Below, piece after piece: positions 50,705 to 61,816 of a stretch of 64,000 bases of DNA. How positions within the stretch are numbered: position 1 is the stretch's first letter; the number at the start of each line of letters is the position of its first letter. This stretch comes from Gammaproteobacteria bacterium (GTDB lineage: Bacteria; Pseudomonadota; Gammaproteobacteria; S012-40): positions 5,738 to 69,737 of the forward strand of contig JALUUH010000227.1 in the NCBI GenBank assembly GCA_027021445.1, read 5' to 3'. A program made the position numbers and the translations under genes. The notes under the pieces are model-generated. The model was not told where the DNA came from. It did not search any database and saw only the letters and a program-made list of their open reading frames with translations.

Positions 50705-50757
50705 AGCCTGTCCGAGAACAGACTGACCTACTACAAGCCTGATTGCGTACATTTTCC
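50701..50757. repeat. MITE-like repeat, partial module A copy, head-to-head with the preceding element
   Basis: CTGGAGCCTGTCCGAGAACAGACTGACCTACTACAAGCCTGATTGCGTACATTTTC matches 2785-2840. Confidence 0.8.
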
Positions 50758-51006
50758 TTCCTGAGATTTGGCGTTGCGAGAATAGCGTATAAACTTCACC
50801 TAAGCGAGTAATTTTCATGAAAAAACCATATTTCCCTAAATTCTTTACGTCTACATCCATTAACTGACGTCAAAACAGCCAACGCCTCAAAATGCGATTA
50901 ATATGCCGAAAACCGCACAAACTTACAAATATTGTGCGCCTAGCTAGAAACTCCTTCGTATTAACGACTACATATTGTTAGCGCTTGAACCTAACAGCGA
51001 TCGTTT

Positions 51007-51041
51007 CGCACGCTCTCGCACATCCCTGTGCTTCGCTGCAT
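51007..51041. repeat. Small repeat family 2 copy
   Basis: 35/35 identity with 19396-19430. Confidence 0.8.
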
Positions 51042-51279
51042 GTAAACTGTTTGATTATTCTCCGTATCCGTCACACCCGTTGCATTTTCACCAGCGTTTG
51101 CGCCCGGCGCAGCCAGAATTCCAGACACACCTAGCAAATGTAAAGGTGTGCAAAGTCCTGTTACACCCCAATATGTTTCTATTTAGCTACAGAACAATTA
51201 AAATAATGCCGCTAATCACTGACTTTTTCAGATAACATCATACTGACTCAGATACTTGTCACGGCTTGAAAAAAAGAAC

Positions 51280-51876
51280 ATGAAATACTTTCATTTAAAA
51301 CGAAATATATACTTTTTAGTTATTACATTGCTTGTTTTGTTCATTGGCATTTACACTAATGACTTAGCCAATGTTTTACGTTATGACAGAAATCTCATCC
51401 GTGAAGGTGAAATATGGCGTGTTGTTAGCGCCCATTTCACTCATTTAACCTGGTCTCATCTACTCATGAACCTGGCTGGTTTTGCCTTAGTTTTTGTTTT
51501 TTTTGGAAACTTACTCAATACTCTGAACTGGGCTTGCTTTACATTTTTTTCAGCTATTCTTATAAGCCTCGTTTTATATTTAAGCAACCCAAACCTAATA
51601 TGGTATGTTGGCCTATCGGGAGTTTTACATGGCTTACTCGTATTGGGAGGATTATATGATTATAAAGTGCGTCGTTGGGAAAGCATCTTTTTTCTAAGCA
51701 TCATATTTACTAAATTATTATGGGAGCAAATTTACGGTGCACTTCCTGGCTCGGAGGATACGGCGGGTGGCCCGGTTCTCGTAGATGCACATTTTTATGG
51801 TGCGCTTAGTGCGGTTATTTGGTTTACTGGCTTAATGTTATTGAAAAAGTTTACTCCATTAGTAAGCAAAAGATGA
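51280..51876 (+). CDS. rrtA: Rhombosortase (rhomboid-family intramembrane serine protease)
   Basis: GEIWRVVSAHFTHLTWSHLLMNLAG, GLSGVLHG (Ser) and AHFYGALS (His). The size and motif pattern fit rhombosortase. ATG at 51280 preferred over the TTG at 51256. Confidence 0.7.
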   Translation: MKYFHLKRNIYFLVITLLVLFIGIYTNDLANVLRYDRNLIREGEIWRVVSAHFTHLTWSHLLMNLAGFALVFVFFGNLLNTLNWACFTFFSAILISLVLYLSNPNLIWYVGLSGVLHGLLVLGGLYDYKVRRWESIFFLSIIFTKLLWEQIYGALPGSEDTAGGPVLVDAHFYGALSAVIWFTGLMLLKKFTPLVSKR

Positions 51877-51940
51877 ATACGCTAAGGGATGCCAAACTGG
51901 GAAATTTTTGCATGCCCATTGCTAAGGCATATCGTTAGCT

Positions 51941-52402
51941 TTATTTTTTATCCTCATTACTTTGCACTAATCTATCTGCTAATATTCGTGCAACATTACG
52001 CATGATGGTATAACCCATTCTAGGATTTTTTTTTACTACTTCATGAAAAATTTCGGCAAAAAGCTGTAGCATCACACAGTTGCTACCCACATTGGCTGAT
52101 GCAGTCCTCGGCACTTGTTTAACCAGACTGATTTCTCCTAAAATCTCGCCACCACGCATAGTATGCACCGTACCAATGCCAGCTATATCTATGGTAATTT
52201 CCCCTGCCAGCAAAATAAACATACTCGTACCTTCATCGCCTTCATTGAAAAGCACTGCGCCTTCCTTAGCCGTAACACTACTACACATTGCCAATACCTT
52301 AAAATATTCATCTTCAAGCAAACCATTGAAAACAGTTATTTTTTTTAGGATTTTGACGGCTTTGGCGCGAGCTACTACTTTTTCGGAAATACGTGTTGAC
52401 AA
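51941..52402 (-). CDS. Stand-alone cyclic-nucleotide-binding domain protein
   Basis: FNEGDEGTSMFILLAGE...GEILGEISL...PRTASA, a canonical cNMP-binding cassette. 153 aa with no output domain. Confidence 0.85.
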   Translation of the reverse strand: MSTRISEKVVARAKAVKILKKITVFNGLLEDEYFKVLAMCSSVTAKEGAVLFNEGDEGTSMFILLAGEITIDIAGIGTVHTMRGGEILGEISLVKQVPRTASANVGSNCVMLQLFAEIFHEVVKKNPRMGYTIMRNVARILADRLVQSNEDKK

Positions 52403-52532
52403 TGTCCTTCCTTGGTCTTATCTCTGCTTTACAAGATCTTAATTGATAATCGACCTTTTGATAACATAGTTTTCGACACCTGAGCTAAAACCTGAACCAA
52501 ATATAGAATTCACTGAGACTGGGAATAGCGAC

Positions 52533-54050
52533 TTATTGGGCATTATGAATATCAAGCACCTCATTCTCACCTAGGTTTTGGCCGTTCTTTGATTCATCAT
52601 TTCTCGAAACCTCTAACGCATTAAGATAAGATTCTGTTATATCTCCCGTAATATACTCACCGTCAAAACATGAAGCATCAAATCCATCAATTTTTGCACC
52701 ACCCTTATATTCAGTAGAGGCTATTAGGTCACTGAGATCTTGATATACTAGCCAATCAGCACCAATTGCTGCGGCGATCGCTGCATTATCTCGGTTATAT
52801 CCAATAAGTTCTTGCCGACTAGGCATATCAATACCGTATACATTGGGGTTCCTCACTGGCGGTGCAGCAGAAGCAAAAAATACTTGCTTGGCCCCACTGT
52901 CTCTTGCCATTTGTATTATTTGTGATGATGTAGTGCCACGAACAATGGAATCGTCTACGAGAAGTACATTTTTATCTCTAAATTCAAGATCAATGGCATT
53001 TAGTTTCTGGCGTACCGATTTTTTTCGCTGTTTTTGGCCTGGCATTATAAAAGTGCGTCCAATATACCTGTTCTTAATAAACCCTTCGCGGTATTTCGCC
53101 TTTAAGAAATAGGCGAGCTGCAGCGCCGATGTCCGGCTCGTATCTGGAATGGGAATGACAACATCAATGCCATGATGAGGGTAATTCTTTAGTATTTTTT
53201 TCGCTAAAAACTCACCCATTCTCAAGCGTGCTTTGTAAACAGAAATGCCATCAATAATTGAATCTGGACGAGCAAAATAAACATGCTCAAAAATACAGGG
53301 GTAATATTGGGTTTTCACTGCGCATTGTTTTACCGTTAATGTTCCATCAACTCCCAAAAATACAGCTTCGCCCGGCAAAACATCTGCGATTAATTCGAAC
53401 CCTTGTGAGTCTAACGCCACACTTTCAGATGCCACCATATATTCAGTGCTACCCTGCGCTGTTGTGCGTTTACCATAGACCAGAGGTCGTATGCCGTAAG
53501 GATCACGAAAAGCAAGAATTCCATATCCATTAATCATCACCACCACCGCATACGCACCACGACATCGTTGATGAACCTTGGTTACGGCAGCAAATACATC
53601 ATCCGCATCAATAACAATTTTATTGAGAATTTGCAATTCATGCGCAAACACATTCAGTAGTACTTCGGAATCTGAACTCGTATTGATATGGCGTAAATCT
53701 TCACGAAATAAATCGCGTTTTAAATCTTCAGTATTGGTTAAATTACCGTTATGAGCCAAGGATATTCCGAATGGAGAATTAACATAAAATGGCTGGGCTT
53801 CTGACGACGACGAAGATCCAGCAGTCGGATATCTAACATGGCCTAAGCCCATGCTTCCGCGTAGCTTCATCATATGCCGCGTACGAAAAACATCGCGTAC
53901 TAAGCCATTTGCTTTGCGTAAAAAAAACTGGTTATCTGCACAAGTAACAATACCCGCAGCATCTTGACCTCGGTGCTGTAAAACAGTCAAAGCATCATAA
54001 ATGATTTGATTAACTTCCGATTTGGCAACTACACCAATTACACCGCACAT
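52533..54050 (-). CDS. purF: Amidophosphoribosyltransferase
   Basis: MCGVIGV N-terminal nucleophile, and PurF-like throughout ([13 protein letters not shown]). Confidence 0.96.
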   Translation of the reverse strand: MCGVIGVVAKSEVNQIIYDALTVLQHRGQDAAGIVTCADNQFFLRKANGLVRDVFRTRHMMKLRGSMGLGHVRYPTAGSSSSSEAQPFYVNSPFGISLAHNGNLTNTEDLKRDLFREDLRHINTSSDSEVLLNVFAHELQILNKIVIDADDVFAAVTKVHQRCRGAYAVVVMINGYGILAFRDPYGIRPLVYGKRTTAQGSTEYMVASESVALDSQGFELIADVLPGEAVFLGVDGTLTVKQCAVKTQYYPCIFEHVYFARPDSIIDGISVYKARLRMGEFLAKKILKNYPHHGIDVVIPIPDTSRTSALQLAYFLKAKYREGFIKNRYIGRTFIMPGQKQRKKSVRQKLNAIDLEFRDKNVLLVDDSIVRGTTSSQIIQMARDSGAKQVFFASAAPPVRNPNVYGIDMPSRQELIGYNRDNAAIAAAIGADWLVYQDLSDLIASTEYKGGAKIDGFDASCFDGEYITGDITESYLNALEVSRNDESKNGQNLGENEVLDIHNAQ

Positions 54051-54140
54051 ATATGACTCCGCTTATAAATATTTAAAAATCGTTACACATACCCGTAACG
54101 ATTTGCATTTAGGGTTGGCCAAATACCAAAGATATTCTAA

Positions 54141-54632
54141 TTAATTATAAGCAATTTTACTTGCCAGCTCTGAAGGTAAATTGCTTTTCAACATGCCCGC
54201 CATTGGTTCAAAATGCTTGAGTAATAACGATTCCGTCCACCAGGGCTCTTGCGGAAAGGTAGTCATGCCTGCAAGCAAGACCAGAATAGAAACCACTAAG
54301 CCTCCACGGGCAATACCAAAAATCAATCCGACCATTCTATCGGTTCCACTTAAGCCTGTTTTTTTAACAAACTGACTGAGTAGATGGTTAACCATTGTTA
54401 ACAAGAATAATGTAATAACAAAAAGAACAACAAAAGCAATGCCAATACGTAGCACATCAGTTTCAACATAAGGTGCTAACAACACCGCTCCATGAGAAGT
54501 AAACGTTACCGCCACCCAAATAGAGATAATCCAGGCTAATAACGAAAATACCTCTTTCACAAATCCTCTAACCAAGCTGATAACTGCGGAGATAAGAAAG
54601 ATAATAAGTATCGTAGTATCAATAAAAAGCAC
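54141..54632 (-). CDS. cvpA: Colicin V production protein CvpA
   Basis: 163-aa four-TM protein upstream of purF, as in E. coli. Confidence 0.9.
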   Translation of the reverse strand: MLFIDTTILIIFLISAVISLVRGFVKEVFSLLAWIISIWVAVTFTSHGAVLLAPYVETDVLRIGIAFVVLFVITLFLLTMVNHLLSQFVKKTGLSGTDRMVGLIFGIARGGLVVSILVLLAGMTTFPQEPWWTESLLLKHFEPMAGMLKSNLPSELASKIAYN

Positions 54633-54730
54633 GGTTATTAGCGCCTTACATCTGTATTAAATTTAATTTTTACCATACGGAAACCACCAACATTTGGGCC
54701 GCATATTATATCAGAGCAGCTTGCAATTGG

Positions 54731-55318
54731 TTAATGATGCCTGATAATGAGTCCGTCAAGATCGGTTTCCCGTTTTAACGCACGCTTTAGTTGCTCGGCC
54801 TTTGCTAACGAGACCTCTGGCCCTACTCTAACGGCCCAGATATCACCTTTTTGGGAGCCTCGTCTCTTAACTACCGTTGCATAATTTAAACCCCTGAGTT
54901 TATCTCTAAGCTTGCTCGCGTTTTTTTCACTTCTAAAGCTCGCAATTTGCACCATCCAGGCCAGCGCATTTTTTTTATCGGCTTCCAGAATAACCTCAGC
55001 ATCGACTTGTTGCTTTAAAGTATCGGGAATCGACTCTTCGGAAAATGTCGGTATTTCTTTATTGGTGTCTTTTAAAGCTTCTAATATGGATATTTCTCTA
55101 CCCTGTTCTTGTTGTTTGTTTAGCGCTTTAAATACACCCTCATCATCCATCTGAAAAACGAGTGTAGAAACATTTTCCGGCATGGCGGGAATATTAGTTC
55201 CAGAAATACCACCAGAAATCTCACTTTCTTGTTCCAGCAACATCGGCACAAATATAATAGCCAGTGATAAAAGAACAATTGCGCCCAACATTCTCTGAGT
55301 AAAAGATAAACCGTCCAT
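54731..55318 (-). CDS. dedD: SPOR-domain cell-division protein (DedD-like)
   Basis: N-terminal TM helix and a C-terminal SPOR domain (WMVQIASFRSEKNASKLRDKL...WAVRVGP). Lies between folC and cvpA. Confidence 0.8.
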   Translation of the reverse strand: MDGLSFTQRMLGAIVLLSLAIIFVPMLLEQESEISGGISGTNIPAMPENVSTLVFQMDDEGVFKALNKQQEQGREISILEALKDTNKEIPTFSEESIPDTLKQQVDAEVILEADKKNALAWMVQIASFRSEKNASKLRDKLRGLNYATVVKRRGSQKGDIWAVRVGPEVSLAKAEQLKRALKRETDLDGLIIRHH

Positions 55319-55341
55319 ATAAATATTGCTCTATAGTAAAG

Positions 55342-56616
55342 TCAAGCTAGCTTTTGAATAACCTCGGAAACGCAGTAAAATGAGCCAAAGACTACGATCC
55401 CTCCCCTGTCATCAACATTTTTCTCAGCTACTTTTAGCGCAGCAGCGGCGCTACCATGGATAGAAATACAAGCGCTAGAAACAGCGAGCGATTCTAGGCC
55501 AGCGACAATCTCTTGTGCAGGTAAAGCGCGCTCTGTGGCTAAGTTCACCACATGCCAATAGTCAACGAACGGCACTATTTTTTCTAATATACCGATCAGA
55601 TCTTTATCATTTAATATGCCAAATACTGCATGCAATTGACCCGGCCTTGGAATTTTTCGCAAATTATCCGCCAAGACCTGAGCGGCATCCGGGTTATGCG
55701 CTACATCTAGAATTAAAGCGGGTTTCCCGCGTTCATGTAGTAACTGAAACCGTCCTGCTAACTCCGTATTGCATAAGCCATTGCGAATATGTTGTGTACT
55801 GACGGTTAATCTGTCGTGTAACAAATGAATCGCCTGTAAGGCCATTGAAGCATTAATTAACTGGCGTTCTCCGAACAATTTTGGTAACGGTAATGCCGCA
55901 AACTTCTTTTGGTCTTTATTTTCCCAAGTCCAAGATTCCGGGGTTTTATTAAATGAAAAAACATCGCCAAATTTATAAAGCGGTGTTTTTCTCTGCTGCG
56001 TTTCATTATCGATATAATTCATGGGTGGTAAATTCCCATAGACTAGGGGAATATTGGCGCGGCTAATTCCCAGCTTTTCATACGCAATAGATTCTATATC
56101 ATCACCCAGCCATTCAGTATGGTCTAAGCCAATACTGGTAATAATTGTTAATGAAGGCTCAAATACATTCACTGCGTCAAGACGTCCACCCAAACCAACT
56201 TCTAGAATAACAACATCAAGCTCCGCTTGTTGAAAAATATGCCCGGCAGCCAATGTCGCAAATTCGAAATAAGTGAGGCTAATATTTTTTCTAAGCGCAT
56301 CTATTTGTTTAAACGTTTCACAAATGACCTTATCCGAGACAGGTATACCATTAACTTGAATTCTTTCATTATAATGAAGTAAATGGGGTGAAGTGTAAGC
56401 CCCTGTTTGAAAACCAGCAGCACGATAAATTTCCTCAAGAAACCTTACAACCGAACCTTTGCCATTCGTTCCAGCAACCGTAATAACCACCGGTGCAAGC
56501 TGATCAAGATGAAGTGCAGATTTTACCGCAGATACTCGCTCTAAACCGAGATCAATATTTTTAGGGTGTAGTTGATTTTGCCAGTCCAGCCATTGCTGAA
56601 GCGTTGTGAAACTCAC
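55342..56616 (-). CDS. folC: Bifunctional folylpolyglutamate synthase / dihydrofolate synthase
   Basis: [10 protein letters not shown]-loop; Mur-ligase-like; 4-nt overlap with accD. Confidence 0.93.
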   Translation of the reverse strand: MSFTTLQQWLDWQNQLHPKNIDLGLERVSAVKSALHLDQLAPVVITVAGTNGKGSVVRFLEEIYRAAGFQTGAYTSPHLLHYNERIQVNGIPVSDKVICETFKQIDALRKNISLTYFEFATLAAGHIFQQAELDVVILEVGLGGRLDAVNVFEPSLTIITSIGLDHTEWLGDDIESIAYEKLGISRANIPLVYGNLPPMNYIDNETQQRKTPLYKFGDVFSFNKTPESWTWENKDQKKFAALPLPKLFGERQLINASMALQAIHLLHDRLTVSTQHIRNGLCNTELAGRFQLLHERGKPALILDVAHNPDAAQVLADNLRKIPRPGQLHAVFGILNDKDLIGILEKIVPFVDYWHVVNLATERALPAQEIVAGLESLAVSSACISIHGSAAAALKVAEKNVDDRGGIVVFGSFYCVSEVIQKLA

Positions 56617-57605
56617 CCTTTTTCAACATCCACAACTTTTTCTTGTTCTTGATTATTCTCAATTTTCGGTTCTTGCTCTGCCTCTGGCTCAGCACTTTGC
56701 TCAACATCAGGTTCGGCGATCTCGTTTATTTCATCCTCGGTAACCACAAACTTTGCATCATCAGTGAGTAGAAATAAAATATTATGTAAGCGATCTCGCA
56801 TTTCACCACGCTTAATAATTAAATCAACGGCTCCATGATCTAACAAAAACTCACTGCGTTGAAATCCAGCAGGTAATTTCTCGCGTACGGTTTGTTCAAT
56901 AACTCGCGGCCCCGCAAATCCTATTAACGCCTTGGGTTCTGCCACATTAATATCCCCCAACATTGCCAGACTCGCAGATACACCGCCCATTGTTGGATCC
57001 GTCATAACTGAAATAAAAGGAATACCTTGGTCGCTCAATTTTCTTAACGCGGCACTAGTCTTCGCCATTTGCATGAGAGAAAATAGCGCTTCCTGCATCC
57101 GTGCACCGCCACTCGCAGAAAAACAGACCAGCGGCATATTTTCGGCCAAACAAATATTGACCGCACGTACAAACCGCTCCCCGACAACAGAACCCATCGA
57201 ACCACCCATGAATTTGAACTCAAATGCCGCAGCAACGATAGGCATTTTTTTCAAACTACCGCGCATTACAATCAGAGCATCTTTTTCGTCGGTATTTTTT
57301 TGTCCTGCGGTAATTCTGTCCTTATATTTTTTACTATCCTTGAATTTTAAAACATCCAGCGGTTCCAGACTTGCGCCTATTTCTTCCGTAGAGTCTTCAT
57401 CTAAGAAAAACGCTAAGCGCCTGCGCGCACCTATTCGCATATGATGTTCACATTTCGGGCAAACATCTTGGTTGCGCTCTAACTCAGAACGATAAAGAAC
57501 TGCCTGGCATTTTGGACATTTAGTCCATAAACCTTCAGGTACCGTTCCTTTTGAAGTCACATCCGTACGAATTCGACTCGGTATCAACTTTTCATACCAG
57601 CTCAT
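56613..57605 (-). CDS. accD: Acetyl-CoA carboxylase carboxyltransferase beta subunit
   Basis: Zn-ribbon CPKCQAVLY...CPKCEHH and a GGSMG carboxyltransferase core, with an acidic C-terminal tail. Confidence 0.95.
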   Translation of the reverse strand: MSWYEKLIPSRIRTDVTSKGTVPEGLWTKCPKCQAVLYRSELERNQDVCPKCEHHMRIGARRRLAFFLDEDSTEEIGASLEPLDVLKFKDSKKYKDRITAGQKNTDEKDALIVMRGSLKKMPIVAAAFEFKFMGGSMGSVVGERFVRAVNICLAENMPLVCFSASGGARMQEALFSLMQMAKTSAALRKLSDQGIPFISVMTDPTMGGVSASLAMLGDINVAEPKALIGFAGPRVIEQTVREKLPAGFQRSEFLLDHGAVDLIIKRGEMRDRLHNILFLLTDDAKFVVTEDEINEIAEPDVEQSAEPEAEQEPKIENNQEQEKVVDVEKG

Positions 57606-57641
57606 TTTGTCTGACCTATTACTCCGTTTAAATTCAGTTTA

Positions 57642-58445
57642 TTATATATCAACTGCCCGCCTCAGTTCTTGCAGAAATGAGGGCACTTGGGTCAATATCG
57701 CTTGTTCGTCCTCTTTATGCTTAGCCATTAAACTGACAATCGCACTGCCGACGACGACGGCATCAGCCACCTGGGCAACACTTGCTGCAGATTCAGCATC
57801 CTTTATTCCAAAACCAACTCCGATGGGTAAATCAGTAAGCTGTCTTATTTCTTTAATTTTTTTCTCTACTGGTTTGATTTCAAGAGACTTAACCCCAGTC
57901 ACTCCTTTTAAGGAAACATAATATACAAAGCCTTTTGTCTGTTGCGTAATCATTTCAATTCGTTGCTGAGTGGTCGTGGGGGCAAGCAAAAAAACGGGAT
58001 CAATATTAGCCAGCGCTAATTCGGATAATAATCCACTCGCTTCTTCCGGAGGCATATCAACTGTCAGTAACCCATCCATCCCTATAGAACCCGCATGCTG
58101 GGCAAACTTTTTATAACCCATTACCTCAATGGGGTTTAAATATCCCATTAACAAGACAGGCGTTGTCGAGTCTGATTTACGGAATTCTTCCACCATGTCT
58201 AAGACATCCGTCAAGCTAGTACCATGCTCAAGTGCTCTTTCACAAGCCGCTTGAATGGTTGGGCCTTCCGCCATGGGGTCGGAAAATGGCACACCTAATT
58301 CCAGTAAATCTGCCCCAGCTTCTACCAGTGCATGCATTAGCTTAACGGTTATATCGGGGCGTGGATCACCGGCGGTAATAAACGGGATAAGCGCGGTTTT
58401 ATGTTTAGATTTAAGATCATCAAAGCGTTGTTTTATGCGGCTCAT
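57642..58445 (-). CDS. trpA: Tryptophan synthase alpha chain
   Basis: [24 protein letters not shown]. Confidence 0.95.
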   Translation of the reverse strand: MSRIKQRFDDLKSKHKTALIPFITAGDPRPDITVKLMHALVEAGADLLELGVPFSDPMAEGPTIQAACERALEHGTSLTDVLDMVEEFRKSDSTTPVLLMGYLNPIEVMGYKKFAQHAGSIGMDGLLTVDMPPEEASGLLSELALANIDPVFLLAPTTTQQRIEMITQQTKGFVYYVSLKGVTGVKSLEIKPVEKKIKEIRQLTDLPIGVGFGIKDAESAASVAQVADAVVVGSAIVSLMAKHKEDEQAILTQVPSFLQELRRAVDI

Positions 58446-59653
58446 ACCTTGATTCCCTCTAAAGCAGCAATCGTGTGAATATCCTTATCCCCGCGCCCCG
58501 AAAGATTAATCAATATTAATTGCTCTGGGTTCATTTCTTGCGCGAGTTTTGCGCCATAAGCCAGCGCATGGCTGGATTCTAATGCGGGCATAATGCCTTC
58601 AATACGGGTTAAATCATGAAATGCTTTTAAGGCTTCATCATCCGTAGCGATAACATAGTTTGCACGGCCTACATCCTTTAACCATGCATGCTCCGGCCCT
58701 ACTCCTGGATAATCAAGTCCTGCCGAGATCGAATGGGTTTCGATGATTTGACCATTGACATCTTCCATTAAATAGGTGCGATTACCATGTAAAACACCCG
58801 GTTTACCGGCGCATAAAGGCGCAGCATGTTGGCCCGAAGCAAGGCCATGCCCACCGCCTTCTACGCCATAAATTGCCACCGACTCATCTTCTAAAAACGG
58901 ATAAAATAAACCAATCGCATTGGATCCTCCGCCGACACATGCCACTAATGCATCGGGTAATTTTCCGGCCATCGTTTGAATTTGTTCTCTGGCCTCACGG
59001 CCTATAATCGCTTGAAAATCTCTCACTAATAGCGGATAGGGATGCGGCCCAGCGACGGTTCCGATAATATAAAAGGTATTGTCAACATGCGTAACCCAGT
59101 CGCGCATTGCCTCATTCAAGGCATCTTTCAATGTTTTCGATCCCGATGTAACGGGTATGACCTCGGCCCCTAATAATTTCATTCGATAGACATTCAAGGC
59201 TTGTCGCTTGATATCTTCCGCGCCCATGTAGACAACGCATTCTAATCCGAGACGTGCCGCAACCGTTGCAGATGCCACCCCGTGCTGCCCGGCCCCAGTT
59301 TCCGCAATAATTCGGGTCTTCCCCATGTGTTTAGCTAATAAGGCTTGGCCGACCGTATTATTCACCTTGTGGGCACCGGTATGATTTAAGTCTTCTCGTT
59401 TGAGATAAATCTGCGCACCGCCAAGAATTTTACTCCAGCGTTCTGCATGATAAACCGGCGATGGACGTCCGACGTAATGCTGTAAATCTTGATCCAATTC
59501 CTGGATAAAATTTTTGTCTGTTTTTAATCGTTCATAGACTTTTTTTAGCTCGTCTAATGGTTCCATCAGTGTCTCAGCGACAAAACGCCCACCGTAGATA
59601 CCAAAATGCCCGTTCTCATCAGGCAAACTAGGAATTGATTGCATTTGCTTCAT
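58442..59653 (-). CDS. trpB: Tryptophan synthase beta chain
   Basis: [35 protein letters not shown]. Confidence 0.96.
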   Translation of the reverse strand: MKQMQSIPSLPDENGHFGIYGGRFVAETLMEPLDELKKVYERLKTDKNFIQELDQDLQHYVGRPSPVYHAERWSKILGGAQIYLKREDLNHTGAHKVNNTVGQALLAKHMGKTRIIAETGAGQHGVASATVAARLGLECVVYMGAEDIKRQALNVYRMKLLGAEVIPVTSGSKTLKDALNEAMRDWVTHVDNTFYIIGTVAGPHPYPLLVRDFQAIIGREAREQIQTMAGKLPDALVACVGGGSNAIGLFYPFLEDESVAIYGVEGGGHGLASGQHAAPLCAGKPGVLHGNRTYLMEDVNGQIIETHSISAGLDYPGVGPEHAWLKDVGRANYVIATDDEALKAFHDLTRIEGIMPALESSHALAYGAKLAQEMNPEQLILINLSGRGDKDIHTIAALEGIKV

Positions 59654-60290
59654 TACCTTTTTTAACTGCTTTAATAAATGCGATCATTTTTTGATGATCT
59701 TTAATACCTTTCTCAGATTCAACACCGCTGCTCACATCAACCGCATAAGGTTTGATGCGGGTTACCGCTGCAAATATATTGTGCGGATTAAGCCCTCCTG
59801 CAACCACGATGGGCTTGCTCAATTGCGTAGGAACAGACTTCCAGTCAAATGTTTTTCCACTGCCACCGGCTTCACCCAGTGCATTGCTATCTAATAAAAA
59901 ACCAATCGACGATGGATAGCGAGCAGCATAAGACAAGGGGTCTATCACGGCTCCAGTATCCCCGTCTTGTCCCATAGGCAGCGCTTTAATATAACGACAT
60001 TGCCATTGCTCACAGAACGCCACAGACTCTGCGCCATGAAACTGCAGCAAATCAAGATTAACCTGAGATACAACGGCCGCAACATCATCCGTAGGATTAT
60101 CCATAAATAGTCCGACCATGGTCACCAAGGGCGGTAATTGTGAAATGATGAAATTTGCCGCATCGGGGGTAATATAACGTGGACTCTTGCGCGCAAACAC
60201 AAAACCTAAGGCATCAACTCCCGCATTAATGGCACACAGCGCATCCTCAAGGCGAGTAATTCCACAAATTTTTATTCGGGTACGTAACAT
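59628..60290 (-). CDS. trpF: N-(5'-phosphoribosyl)anthranilate isomerase (monofunctional)
   Basis: [11 protein letters not shown]...DALGFVF...GGLNPHN. Confidence 0.9.
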   Translation of the reverse strand: MLRTRIKICGITRLEDALCAINAGVDALGFVFARKSPRYITPDAANFIISQLPPLVTMVGLFMDNPTDDVAAVVSQVNLDLLQFHGAESVAFCEQWQCRYIKALPMGQDGDTGAVIDPLSYAARYPSSIGFLLDSNALGEAGGSGKTFDWKSVPTQLSKPIVVAGGLNPHNIFAAVTRIKPYAVDVSSGVESEKGIKDHQKMIAFIKAVKKGNEANAINS

Positions 60291-60320
60291 CTTATGCCTA
60301 GAAAGCCAAAGCGCAGTAGA

Positions 60321-61106
60321 TTACCAAATTGGGAGGCTAGGTGAAAGTTTTGGCAAGCCATATTTCTGCGGATACCTAATATTCATCAAATAGAGACCAA
60401 AAGGTGCGGCGGTAACCCCGCCAAGACATCGATCCCGGTACTGCAATACTTCCTTGGCCCAAATAGGTGGTTGCTTGCCTTTACCGATATCCATTAACAC
60501 ACCTGCAATATTTCGCACCATGTGGTGTAAAAACGCATTTGCTTCTATATCTATCAAAACATACGCGCCTTTTCTCGCCACTGAAAGATGGTATATCTCG
60601 CGCACCGGACTTTTAGCTTGACACCCCAGTGCTCTATATGAGGAAAAATCATGGCTACCAATCAGATGTTTTGCCGCTTCGTGCATTAAGTTTTCATCCA
60701 GTATCTGATGACACCAAGTGGTACGATAGGCATTGAATGTAGGGCGAATATTGCGATTAAAAATAATATAACAATAGCGCCGACGCAGCGCTGAAAACCG
60801 GGCATGAAAATCATTCGAACTTTGCATGGCCCATAAGAGGCAAATATCCTTAGGCAAATTAGAGTTCGCACCATAAACCCATGAGCGATTCGTACGATCA
60901 ACATCGATATCGAAATGAATCACTTGCTCAGAGGCATGTACCCCAGCATCCGTTCTACCTGCACAGATGATTCTGACCGGTTTATTGGCGACCAGGCCTA
61001 AGGCTTTTTCAACCTGTTCCTGAACCGTTTGATCGCTGTGTTTTTGCATTTGCCAGCCATGGTATGAGGCACCAAAATACTCTACTCCCGCGACTATTCT
61101 ATGCAT
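60321..61106 (-). CDS. truA: tRNA pseudouridine(38-40) synthase
   Basis: GAGRTDAGVHA catalytic Asp motif. I chose the ATG at 61106 over the upstream TTG. Confidence 0.93.
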   Translation of the reverse strand: MHRIVAGVEYFGASYHGWQMQKHSDQTVQEQVEKALGLVANKPVRIICAGRTDAGVHASEQVIHFDIDVDRTNRSWVYGANSNLPKDICLLWAMQSSNDFHARFSALRRRYCYIIFNRNIRPTFNAYRTTWCHQILDENLMHEAAKHLIGSHDFSSYRALGCQAKSPVREIYHLSVARKGAYVLIDIEANAFLHHMVRNIAGVLMDIGKGKQPPIWAKEVLQYRDRCLGGVTAAPFGLYLMNIRYPQKYGLPKLSPSLPIW

Positions 61107-61809
61107 AATGAGCAACCACCATAAATAGCAGTCCTAATACACCCGGTAACAACCATTCAAACCATCTGGGCGCCGCAGGCAAATCAATCTCCAGATGAGA
61201 AACCGGTGAGGTTTGCCGCATAAGACTCAAAAATTTATTGCCCAGTCGATCCATAAAATGCGCTATCTTTTGCTGCTGGGTTAATCCGTGTGGATTTGAT
61301 TCATTTGGCTTTAGCCGATGGGCTATCTCGGCATTCAAATAATTTTCTTTTGTTGTCTCAGCTATTTTTTCTAAGGTTAAATAGACTCTCACCGTAAATT
61401 TTTCATGCTCAAATCCAAGGTATCTCAGTGGTAGAAATAATAAATACAATCCAGCCACTAAATCTTTTTGCTGCATTGAAGCCAGCAATATACCTACGGC
61501 TAAGATAATAAGCATCAGCGCGAGAATCCTGACAAAGGCCTCTTCAAGTCCTTCGAACGTTGGCCCATAGCCCCAAGGCAAAAGTAACTCACCGGGTGTA
61601 AAAAACGCATAAACGATAAACAAAGATAAATACAACCATTTAAGTCGTTTAAGCAAAACGAAACTCTTGCGTGTCGACAGGTCTGCGACGACAACCCAAA
61701 CACCAATCATTAATAAGATTGCGAGCATCCAACTGGAAAAAGGATTAATCGCCAATGCCAATGCAAAAACAATAAACAGCATAATTTTAATTGCCGGGTG
61801 AATTCTCAT
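61099..61809 (-). CDS. Integral membrane protein, possibly CbiQ/EcfT-like
   Basis: Start set at MRIHPAIKIMLFIVF. Has four to five TM helices and a CbiQ-like loop (LFLPLRYLGFEHEKF). Weak assignment. Confidence 0.45.
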   Translation of the reverse strand: MRIHPAIKIMLFIVFALALAINPFSSWMLAILLMIGVWVVVADLSTRKSFVLLKRLKWLYLSLFIVYAFFTPGELLLPWGYGPTFEGLEEAFVRILALMLIILAVGILLASMQQKDLVAGLYLLFLPLRYLGFEHEKFTVRVYLTLEKIAETTKENYLNAEIAHRLKPNESNPHGLTQQQKIAHFMDRLGNKFLSLMRQTSPVSHLEIDLPAAPRWFEWLLPGVLGLLFMVVAHYA

Positions 61810-61816
61810 CTCATAT

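Noticed and set aside
50633-50860. 75-aa ORF (and the 86-aa ORF at 50975-51235)
   Set aside because: Both run through MITE-like and family-2 repeat sequence and show no protein motifs. They are most likely spurious.
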